NCBI GenBank assembly: GCA_012026655.1
Contig: JAAILG010000001.1
Span: forward strand, 1 to 64,000
DNA from: Hydrolagus affinis
Taxonomy: Eukaryota
DNA: 64,000 bases
Direction of reading: 5' to 3'
The translations under genes and the position numbers were made by a program. Of this stretch, positions 10,001 through 22,000 are shown piece by piece; within the stretch, counting starts at the first letter, position 1, and the number at the start of each line of letters is the position of its first letter. Under the pieces are notes generated by a model. The model did no database searches and was not told the origin of the DNA. It worked only from the letters and a program-made list of their open reading frames with translations.

Positions 10001-13000
10001 GAGAGAGGGAAGAGTTAGTGGGGCAGCTGAAGGCACAGTCAAAGAGGAAGGTCTTGAGACCAGCCTTGAAGGAGGAAGGGGACAGGCGGGCTGATAGGGA
10101 AACAGTAGGTCAGAGAGATAGGTGGGGGCAACTCTAAACCTATATCCGCTTGTAATGCTATATTGATGCATTCCTAAATTATTCTGGGTTTAGTTTTTAA
10201 TTTCATGTAAAGTTTTATATACCTCTTCATCCCCTCAGATGTTTTCTTTGTCCAATAAGTTAAACAAGGTACAATAGCTTTTAGCCTGTAATGGTCCTGA
10301 ATGTTTCAGGAAATTGCAGAAGATTTTACCTTATTTACTTATTTACTCACATATAATTTGTAGGCAGAATATATGGTTTGAGTGGGAAAAGGAACTTTAC
10401 TTCAATTTTAAGTGAATTTTACATCATTCATAGAGTTCACAGAAAAAGTTGCTTGACTTAACAATTGCAATTATTTTCTTGTTTTTAAAAAGGAATTAAC
10501 TGAACCATGCAAAAGAAGCTCAAAGTTATCTGGTGCCTCTCCAGCCAGATCACCAACTGCAAGAAGCCCTGCACTGGGCAGAGTGTCTCCAGGTGCCAAG
10601 ATCCCCTCCCCAGGCAGGAAGTCACTGACTGCCAAGACTCCCTCCCCAGGTAGAAAGTCACTGGCAGCTCAGAGTCCCTCACCGGAAAGGAATTCACTGG
10701 TTGCCAAGACCCCCTCACCGAGCAGGAAGTCACTGGTTGCCAAGACCCCCTCACCGAGCAGGAAATCACTGGCTGCCAAGAGTCCCTCCCCAGGTAGGAA
10801 GTCACTGGCAGCTCAGAGTCCCTCTCCAGAAANNNNNNNNNNNNNNNNNNNNNNNNNNNNNNNNNNNNNNNNNNNNNNNNNNNNNNNNNNNNNNNNNNNN
10901 NNNNNNNNNNNNNNNNNNNNNNNNNNNNNNNNCCAGGCAGGAAATCACTGGGTGCCAAGACCCCCTCCCCAGGCAGGAAGTCACTGGGTGCCAAGACCCC
11001 CTCCCCAGGCAGGAAATCACTGGGTGCCAAGACCCCCTCCCCGGGCAGGAACTCACTGGGTGCCAAGACCCCCTCCCTGGGCAGGAAGTCACTGACTGCC
11101 AAGAGCCCCTCCCCGGGCAGGAAGTCACTGACTGCCAAGAGCCCCTCCCCGGGCAGGAAGTCACTGGGTGCCAAGACCCTCTCCCCGGGCAGGAAGTCAT
11201 TGGGTGCCAAGAGCCCCTCCGCAGGCAGAAAGTCACTGGGTGTCGAGAGCCCCTCGCCGGGCAGGAAGTCACTGGCTGCCAAGAGCCTCTCTCCAGACAG
11301 GAAGTCATTTACTTCACCAGTCATCAAAAAATCACGTGCAAGCGGACCATTCTCGATCAAGGTATCAGCTACCTTGTCAGCTAAGAGTCCACGTTCTGCC
11401 AAAATGCCCTCTTTATCAGATACCAAGAAGTCTCCTGCAAAGAAATTATCTTCTACAAAGAAATCCTCTCCATCTGCTGCCAAGCAGTTGGCTCGGTCAG
11501 CTTCCTTGGGATCCTTTGATCGTTCATCTTCTGTTCGTGGACGATTCTCTGTCTCTCGTATTAAAACACCTCCTATTCTGTTGATTAAATCGGATTCTCC
11601 CCAAGTTTCGCTAGCTTCTGCATCATCCGAGTTGAAGCAACATCAGCAGACAACAAACAAACCATCAAATTTCAAAAAGACTCCTTCCCGAAAAAGTGCA
11701 AGAAGGAGTTCTTCTCTTGCAGCAGGATTATATTCCAGGAGGCAAAGTGGAGCTTCAGTTGCTAACTTATTAGGTAGGATCATTTCTGGATATTTCATTA
11801 AATATGTATCCATCTATTTATAACCATATCTATGACCATGGATAAAAAGAGTAGCAAATAAGACAAGCAATAACTCAGTGGTTAGAGCAGTCGCATTGCA
11901 AGCGAGAGGACCGATTCCTGGGCATGGTGAAATGTTGGGCAAGTTTCCTTACTCAAAACACCTCTTCAACTAGCAGAAAGTAGGAACCTGGTTGTTAGTT
12001 GATTGGCAGATCGCTTTTCCGGTGGTAATCCCTCCAAAATGATGATGATAATTTGGTCACTCAATCCACGACTGGGATGTGGCTGTGCAATTGGTTGCAG
12101 GGTTTCACCCACCAAATATACAGTCAATTCAATTTACAGTATATTCTGCGAAGCGCACTGAGACATCTTGACAATGTGAAACAGCAGTATATCAAACGCA
12201 AGGATTATTATTTATTATTGTAGAAGAGTGATGGGACATGTGTTGTGGATAGATTGATTAATTATATGGTGAATTGTTCTCTTGTGTTCTTGAGTTATTG
12301 ATTTAAACTTAGCTATTTTTATTTTAGTGAAAAAATCATGGGCACAGGTGGTGAAGGAGGGAGTGGCAAAGTCTGAATTCCGATCTGCTCCGAAGAAGCA
12401 TGGTATGATTCAAAGACGGATTAAGAAGAATTTGTCTTCAAACATTCCAAAGGTTTGTGTAGTATTTAATGGATCATATTGCATAAAATACTATTTAAAG
12501 GGGAAGAATACTTCTAAATACTTCAAAATACTAATATTTCACTTTCATGTATAATATTATCGTGGGTAAGAAATATTTGGTAAGGCAGATGTATTTTGGA
12601 CTGAAGCTATTTACTGGATCAGGACAAATCATTAAGGTTTTCAAATGGGTCTCAAGCCCAAAAAGGTTGAGGACCACTGCTCTAAATCCTTTTTTCCCCT
12701 TTTGATATGTGCTGGAAGGTGCTAAAATAAATTATTTATATGTTTCAAACTAAAAGCTTGTTTGTTTGAAAATCTAGACTTAGCCAAGTGGTATAGGAAT
12801 AACTAACTATTTGTAAAGTTTACTTCTATAAATCTGATTACAAACTTATAACAGTTATTAAATATGACGTTTTATGTTCCACTTTTCATTGCAAGTGAAA
12901 TGGAGGTCTCAGCAACTTGGGACATACTCCTGACATGAAAGACGCCACACAGATGTAATGTTGTTTTGTATTGCAATGGTTTTAGTATCACTTTCATGTA

Positions 13001-16000
13001 ATGTTTATATCTTAACAGACACCCATTAGATCAATGAAAGACCATTATAGTACTGGGCATGCTGCTTCCCCAGCAACAATCATCATTGGCAAAGCACAGG
13101 CTACTATTGTTAAAACAACTGGAATACCTCCACGCATAGTGACAAATGTTTCACTCAGACGTAAAAGCCTAGCAATGGATCAAAGTTTTACAGGTAATCT
13201 AGAGATTTATACATCTTGACATTCATCTGTTTTAGATATCCATTTTCAAGTTTAAGCTGTTGAAAGTTTACCCACATATTTATATTTATAACTGAGTTGT
13301 GATTGTACATGAAATTGATACACTTGTTATTGATACTGCTTGTTATTAATAAACACATATCATATTCGATAGGTGTGGCTGAATTGTTCACGACTCCCAT
13401 GAAGAAAAATCAAAGAGCAAGTACAAGACCATGTATCTCAAATGATGTCGGAAGTTCTCAAGATATCACACACACTCAAGTATCCCAGAATTCATTTGAA
13501 GGCTCAGTTATCAAAACGCTTGAAGAAACTGGTTGGTGTAAAATCACTTTCCATTGTATTGTTTGGTTTGCCATTTATTCTTTTTTGCAGTTACAAATAT
13601 AGCCTTAAATGCCACTGCTGTCCTGACAGAATGTCTATCAGACATCAAGTCTTGGATGAGAGCTAACTCTCCAGTTGAACGTCAATGAGACTGAAGCCCC
13701 GTCAGCGCCTCAGGCACTGACAGCATCACCATCCAAGAATGCACATTCCACCTATTAAGCCTGCCTCACGTCCCCCACCTTGCCCGCCACATCATTGGCG
13801 GGTGAGTCTTCTGCTACCCTGTGCCCACCCTCGAGCTCCATCTTGCGGTCCCTCCTTTGCCTCCTCCAAGCCCTGACTCAAGATCCTCATGTTCGACCAT
13901 GCCCCTGGGTCACCCTGCTTCCTGACCCCCAGCTTGGGTTGATTGTCCAGCGCCTTGGGACGTCCTCCCGACATGAAAGGCAACATACAAATGTAATTTT
14001 GTTGTAGTTCTCTCGCTTTTAAAGCCCATTAAAACATTCATGAAGGTGTAATATCTACACTTGAATTTGTAATTTGCATTTTTAGATTGTAGAGCATTAG
14101 ATGACCATTCTAGTTTTGGCACAATATTTAGACCTGAATCACAGGTCACATAGAATACCATCAATTTCCTTTCTTAATAGTTTGAATTGAACTGTCTTAT
14201 TTTTTTGTAGGAGAAAACACAAGAGATTATTCTCTTAACTTGTTTTGTAGCTGCATAAAATTCCCAAATAGTGCTTGAGTATTGATAAAAAAAATTCTAA
14301 GGAATTAAATATTTCCATGCCTCAGTCACTTCTTGCTTTTTTTTTGTTCTGTTAATATTCTGATCATTTATGATTTTGCAATTTGTTTTAGGTGAACTGG
14401 TCATCTCACCATTAACTGCTCCGGGGAGAGCAAGAAGAACATCTACAGGTTCACCAATGTGCAGAGCTGATTTGTCTTCTAACCCAAAAGAGCTGCATGC
14501 AAAACAAGCAAATATTCCAAAAGTAGTAGAGGAACCAACTGATGATCTAGCGAGTGGATGTACATTATTAACAACCCCCAAAGAAAAGACCAAACCAGTG
14601 GTAGAGTTGAACAGACCATTGAAAACTCCCAAAGTAAAAGGGATACCAGTGGTTGATATAAAAGAAATTATGAAAACTCCAAAAATAAAGAGGGGCCAAG
14701 TGGAAGATTTTGCAGGACAACAAAAAGTGATGGCTGAATTGAAACAAAAAGCTAAAAGTCCTGAGGTTAATTATGTAGGAGTTAAAGAAATGTTTCATAC
14801 AACAAAAGAGATGGAAACTGCTGATTACAGTGGCTTGGGTGAAATGTTCTCTAGTCCTAAAAGAACTAATGAGGCTGTTGAGTCTGAGCTGCTGCAAAGC
14901 TCAAACAGGAGTGGGAGGAAGAGAGCAACAGGCTCATCATTCACATTTGAAAATGCCGAGTGTGAGGATGGACAGAGAGTTGATTCAAAGAAATCTGAAA
15001 CCAAATTGATCAATAAAATGGAGCAGCATGAAAAGGAACAATCAGTAACAAAAGCAGCCCCCAGACGAAGTGGCAGAAACTCGTTTTCGACACTTGGAAT
15101 TAAGGTAAAACAAGCTTGCAGAAACGCTGATTGAAAAGTTAGACTTAGTCACATGGTGTAAGAATAACTTCATAACTGTAAATGAAATGCTTATAAGGTC
15201 TACCGCATGCCAGGAATTTGAACAGACCCCAAAGTGAGAATTTAAATTTTTATGTATCCTTATCTATTTCCTCCTTCACCTTGTACTATGTCTGTGTTGT
15301 CTTTGTATTGCTATTGTTAGACTGTATGACCTGCTGGCAAAGTCCCAAGAGTCCAATTGTCTGAACTTTTCCCTACTATTTGACCTTTCTGAGATAGGAT
15401 AGATGAGATCAGATGGGCTGCAGGGCCTTCGTCATGTGAATCTTTTGTAAGCTTATGTTGAGAAGACCAGGGGCATGCTCACTTTCTGAAATTCACTAAT
15501 TTTGCTATTGTCTGTCTTCTATTACTTTCATAGGCTGCCCACATTTCCAATTGTTTATCTTTAGCTGGGGACCAATTTATTTCTAGTTACAGCTGCAATT
15601 TGGGCTGGATTGAAGAATTGACTGCAAAAAACAATGGTGAACAAAACTTGCACTGATTTTTAAAAAAAAGTGCTTTCATGCCATGATCCCATGCATATTA
15701 CATGTTATTTAAATGATCAATCAAAATGCTAAGACTTATTAGATCAAAATTCATTTTTTTCTAAATGCTGTCCTTTGCAGTTTGATGTTTTAACAATTTA
15801 ATTGTATTTATTTCGGTTTTAATATCTTCCTTGAATCCTTCAAATGGGCCTCTGTTTCTAGCTTTACTGCAAATCTTTATTTCTGAATATTTTTGTTTTA
15901 TTAGCTAACTACAATGCAAGATCAAGATAAGAATACAATGTCGCCTCCATTTTCCAATAAAGAATGTGCACAGCCGTCAAATCAGCTTGAAACTACACAT

Positions 16001-19000
16001 GCATTTTCCAAGCATGATGATGTTGGTATGTTTTTTCAGCCAGTTTAGATTGTGAATTACTATAAATTTTTCATCAAGTGATCTGTTGGTATATTTATGA
16101 AATTAAAACGATATCCAGATATGAGAATTTGATTGTGAGACTATCTGGGAGATGCTCTTGTACCATTGAGAGAGATTTCTTAGTGTTTTCTTTTCGGATT
16201 CAAGCAGTCATTTTGTTCATATAACTAATGACCATACAAGGAACCCAGTATTCAAATCCAACTGAAGTGTTAGTGTCCCCAATGATGTTTTGTGTGGTAT
16301 TGTCATCAAGTCTGTAGTTCAGCTGTGTAAGAATTGATTTAAATTCATGACCCTTAGGTGAAGTAAGGACTGACTCAAATGTTGTACAATTAATATGCAT
16401 GTTTATTAATTCAGGTTAGTAATAGTTATAAGTAATTAAAAGTATTTATCACAGCTTGCGTATCGATGCATAGCTCACTGTGATTTAAGTTGACCAAACC
16501 AAATGCTGTGGGAGGGATAGAGTAGCATGTCCAATTTAATCTCCATATTAATCCAAATATAAATCTATCAAAAGATATCCAAGTATAGTTGTACGGTTTC
16601 CAGTTCGATTTCCGAAAGTTTCCAAGTATTATTATGCTATTCCCAATTCGATATACAAGTACCACTGTACATCTAGAGTTGCTCCACTCAAAGTCTTGAT
16701 CTTCCCATTCTTCTGAAGCTGGAACATGGATTCGCGACTCCATAAGTTCAAATTTCTCCTTTCTCCAGCTTCTTCCTCGAAGGTTTATCCAGTTCATTAG
16801 ATGACCTTTCACAATCTAATGACATTTCATTAGATTGTCCTTTGCAAGATGATTCCTGTGCAAAAACAAATGCAGCACAACTCCCTCTCCAGCTACAGAC
16901 CATTTCTCCATGAGAAAATTACTCATAAGAACTGAAAACAGTTTGTTGATATTAAAGTCTTTTGTTTCTTCCGCAAAGCTAGTCACAACCAGCTCTTATC
17001 ATGTGCAATTGATTACATATGTCTCATATGTGTATATCGCTAATATAATTTGAGATATTATTTAACACATTCATTACGGAATACTACACCAGTATTCAAT
17101 CCAACTAAAGTCTTAGTGTCCCCAATGATGTTTTGTCGTCAAGTCTAGTTTAGCTGGACAAAGGCAGGAATGGGTCAAATTTAATTTGACATGTTCCTTA
17201 ACCACAAACTGGCCTGTTCTCAAGTATTGCAAAGGTTGCTACCTGAAATCTTTTATGAAACTATGCTGTTTGAAACTGTCTTTTTAAAAAAGTTTAGTTT
17301 GAAGTCCTTTTCACTAGAATAAGATATTGTTTAAAAGCTAATTACTGTAGTTATGTACCAGTAAAAACAATTAACTTATAACGTGCACTTTTTTTATTTC
17401 CTTCTAGTTGAGCTTATGGATTCTGGTGTATCTACACAAGAAGGCTCTGACATGCTTGAGAAATCTCAAAACATCAGTAGAGTGCCAATTATCGGTACAC
17501 CAACAAAAGTGTTTCTACAAAGGAAAGATGAATTAAAACAGCCAGAAGTAAAGAAGGATGAGAAATATGTCCAAATATTACTGGAGAATTATGAAAAGAA
17601 TGCGAAATGTAGTGTAGTCGAGAGATTCGAATCTAAAAATGTGCAGACTGAAGTAAACAAGTTGACATCACCAACACAGAAATCGTTAAAAGAGAAGAAT
17701 GAGCCTGAAAATGTTCAAGGAAGTGCCGTGGAAGAATTGCCATTATCACATGAGAGCATTGCAACAGATGTGGGTATAGTTGGTTATAGTGAAGTAAAAT
17801 TAGATTCACCAACCAGGAGATCATTGAAAGTGCAAAATGTTATCCAAAATTCTCAAACAACTGCATTAAAGGAATTGTCTGCCACAATAAAAAATGCCAT
17901 ACCAGACACGAAAGAGCCTCAAGGGAGACACATTAAAGAAGTCAAATTGACTACACCAAAAAGGAGATCATTAAGGAACAAGAATGAATATGAAAGTGAT
18001 CGAGAAGTTAAAGTGGAAGAATTACTAGCCCCAAAAAAGACCGTCACTCCAGACAAGAAGGGGTCTTGGGATCAACAAACTGAAGAAATAAGTCAGTTAG
18101 TTTCACCGTCATTAAAATTTAGGGAAAAGAGCAAATTCCAAATCCTGGAAGATACTGAAGTGAAAGAATTGCTAATTCCCAACAAGGCTATTACACCAAA
18201 CAAGAAAGAGTCTCAAGATGGAGAAACTGAGGATATAAATGATTTGGTGCCACAAACCCGAAGAACACTGAGCGGAAAGGATGAAAATCTGTATACATGG
18301 AAAAGAGGGACTCAAGATGCACCAGTTGAGTTAACAGAGTTTCCTGTAGCTGTAACTAGAGCACAAAGAGGAAGACCTGCCAAAAAGGCGGTGAATTCTC
18401 CAATTTCCCTTGTGTTGAAAGAATCTGGAAATCTAGAGGGTGAAAATAGTGATGAAATTTCTAATACAAATGATGCATTAATAAAGCAGGAAAAGGGGAA
18501 AGACAACATATTTTGTGAGCCAGAGGAGTTGTCTGAAAAGGACAAACCAGATGAAAATGTCAATGAAGGTGTACTGGCAATGAATGAGTATGAAAAGGTT
18601 ACTCAAGACATTCAATCTGATTCAAATCTTCCACCCAAAAAGAAAATGCCCAGAGGGAAGGCTGCACAGAAAGAAATTGAAAATAAGGGGAAAAATCTAA
18701 AAGAAGTTAAAGTGCAAGAATTGCTGCCTTCGGGTCAACAAACTGAAGAAATGAGTCAATTAGTTTCACCATCAATAAAATTGAGGGGAAAGAGCAAACT
18801 CCCAAACCTTCAAGACACTGAAGTGAAAGAATTGCTAATACCCAACAAGACTGATACACCTGACAAGAAGGCGTCTCAAGCTGGACAACCTGAAGATATC
18901 ATTGATTTGGTGCCACAAACCCGAAGAACACTGAGAGGGAAGAATGCTAATGTTGTGGATCTACAAGAATATTATGCTGCAACAAAGAGTACCTCATCAA

Positions 19001-22000
19001 GAAATGATCCCCATGCTGGACAAATTGAAGAAGTGAATAAATCATTTATGCTAGAATCCAAATTAATAATGGAGGGTAATGAAGCACAGAATCCCCCAGA
19101 ATTTGAGGTAGTAAAAAGTCTAGTTGCTTCAGCACTAAACACAAAAGATGAAAGCGAAGCCCAAGCTCCACAGGTTGATGAATTAGTGGATTTAACTTCA
19201 AGGAAGAAGGAAACTCACAATGTCCAAGTGGAAGTGACAGATTCATCTGCTGCAGCAAAAACCTCCACACAAGGCAAGAGAAATCAAGTTCCACAAGTCA
19301 AGAAAACATCAAATTTAACTTCACGGAAGAGATTGCAAAGAGGAAAGAACAAAATTGACAATGGTGAGGTATCCGAGGTAGAGAAAAATCAGTGCGTCTC
19401 ATTCGAGATGTCCATACAAGGCACAGAAACTAAACATTCTCCAGGACCAGACATACACAAATCCAATACAACAGCAAAAAAATCAAGAGGAAAAAATGCA
19501 AATGTCGACAAGGCTGAAGAAAAAAATACGACTAGCCAAGGAAACATGTATACACGGAAAAGAGGGACTCAGGATGCACCAGTTGAGGATGATCAGGAAT
19601 TGTTTAGCTCAGAAAATGAATTAAAGGATCAGCAAGAAGATGATTGCAAAGTTGAAGTCTCTTCTAGTCAAAAGCAATGCACAAAAGAAGATTCAGCCAC
19701 TTCCAAATCTAGGTCTCTACGAGGAAAGAGAACAAATAAAGAACCCCCTAATGGAGAACTAAAACCCTCTCCTGATTTAGCAAAAAAATCACAAAAAGGA
19801 AGAATCCAAAAAGTGGAAGAAATATGCTTGAAGAGAATTGTACACTGGGATCCCAAATTAGAACCAGTCTGTGCATTAGAATCAGTACAAGGGGCAAGTG
19901 ACGTGACTGAGTTTTCTGTAGCCGTAACTAGAGCGCGAAGCAGAAGACCTGCACGGAAGGCAGTGAATTCTACAATTTCACCTGTGTTGAAAGAATGTGG
20001 AAAAACAGAGAGTGTAAATGGTGACGGAATTTGTAATACAAACAATGCTTTTGTTTTAATAAAGCAGGAAAAGGGAAAATCCGAAGAGAAAGACCACATA
20101 TTTTGTGAGCCAGAGTTGTCTGAAAATGACAAAAATGCTGAAAATGTCAATGAAGGTGTACTGGCAATGGATGAGCATGAAAAAGTTACTCAATGCATTC
20201 AATCTGATTTCAATCTTCCACCTAATAAGAAAGTGCCCAGAGAGAGGGCTGTGCTGAAAAAAGTTCAAAATAAGGGGAAAAATCTGAAAGAGATTAATTT
20301 AAGAAAATCACAAAGAAACAAACCTGAAGAGAACATGAGTGCAACTGCAGGAAAAGTACTGCATATGACTGCTGAAGAGAAAGAAGAATCTCCGTTGCCA
20401 GAAAGGAGGTTGACAAAAGGAAATGGTTCAGTAGTTATGAATAAGAGGGATAAACGATCAAAGGAATCCCCGGTTGAAACATCAGGGCAAACTGAACCTC
20501 AAGTAGATTTAACTGCAGTTGATGTTGAATTATGTGCTGTGACTGAAGAGTTGTCTACACATGCAGAAATACATAAAGAACTAGGAAAATCTAAGAAAAT
20601 GAAAATGCTGCCATCACAGGGGGATGATGAAATCAAAGTCATTCAACCGAGGCGAAACACAAGAACAGCGAAATCTACAATGGCGATTGCAAAGGAATGC
20701 GTGGTGGAAGATGATTGTGCTGCCGATCCTGTTGTGCAAATTATAGAAGAGTCTTTTGAGGTGATTTTAAATGAATCTGTTCCAGCTAAGAAAGAAAAGG
20801 CAGAGAAAACCAAATCTTATAATAAACACGGTAAAAGAAAAATGGAGGATGCTGCAATAGTTCTGCAAGAGGTGAACGAGGGAGGTCTAAAAGATCCTAT
20901 TTCAAAGGATGAAGAACTTGATATCCCTGTCAGGACCTCCAGAAGAGGTGGCCGTGGAACAGTTAAAAATAATCCGGTGATTGCAATCAAGGCGAACGTG
21001 AATATAACTGAAAATGAGTGCAACGTACAGAATTTGGCTAATGCAGCAGAAAACTACAAAGGAACCAGAAGAGGAAATGCTTCCAAAAAGGCAGCTATTG
21101 TTCCAGTTGTTCAAGTAGAAGAAGCTGAGCCAATTAAAAGGATGGGAAAGAAATCCAAACTTGAAATACAAATGAGTGGTTACCAGAATATCCAACTGAA
21201 GACCAGTGGGGCAGAGGATAAATGTGAAGATCATCAAGCTGACCTTCCCTCAGATAAAGTTTCAAAACCAGCCAAGAGGATGACGAGAGCTAATAAAGCA
21301 CGTGGTGTTCCTGATATGGTAGAGGAATCTCTTCAGTTGTCAGCTGAAACATCACTTACATCGGCATCCCAAAGCAGTTCAAAAAGTAATCTGAAAGGAA
21401 AGCGTGCTGCTACAGAAACTGAAGATACTGTAGCTTTTAAAAAGGCCAAAACAAAAGGTAAGGAAACACTCATGTGGCCCTAGAATGTTCGTTGCAGATT
21501 TCAAAATAAATCAATAATAGTAATTGGCTTACAATTCGCAATTAGATTTTTTTGTCAAAGCTGGATTGTGATTTTATTGTTGGTCACTAAAGTACGCAGA
21601 TGTTTGTGTTTGACTTATTGTGTACAGTTGGAATAAAAATTATTTAAAAATTTTAAACCATTGATTTACAATTTGGACATTCATAATATAATATGCATTT
21701 GGTATCGCGCCTTATCACTTCTTCGAGATATCTCAAAGCACTTCACAGAATACACTGTAAGGTGAATTGACTATATTTTGTAGGTAAAACACTGCAGCCA
21801 CATGTGTACAAGCCGTGAATTGAGTCACCAAATTATTGTTATTTTGATCTGAAATCCTATTGGTGTTTCTTTAACTTTATAGAAGCAGTCGTTGGGAAGA
21901 TGACTACCTGTACTAGAAAAATGAAGACTGCAATGAGTACTAAAGAAAGGAGTCCTGAAGCCACAAAACCTCAAGCCAGACGAACTAGATATACAACTAG

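Noticed and set aside
10595-11310. 36-nt periodicity reminiscent of a CRISPR array
   Set aside because: There are no unique spacers; it is a head-to-tail coding repeat in a vertebrate exon.
10485-11483. 332-aa minus-strand ORF and alternative-frame ORFs over the array
   Set aside because: By-products of the stop-free 36-nt repeat; only the + frame joins the MKI67 exons in phase.
18312-20150. Antisense ORFs within the giant exon
   Set aside because: Shadow frames of the A-rich Ki-67 coding strand.
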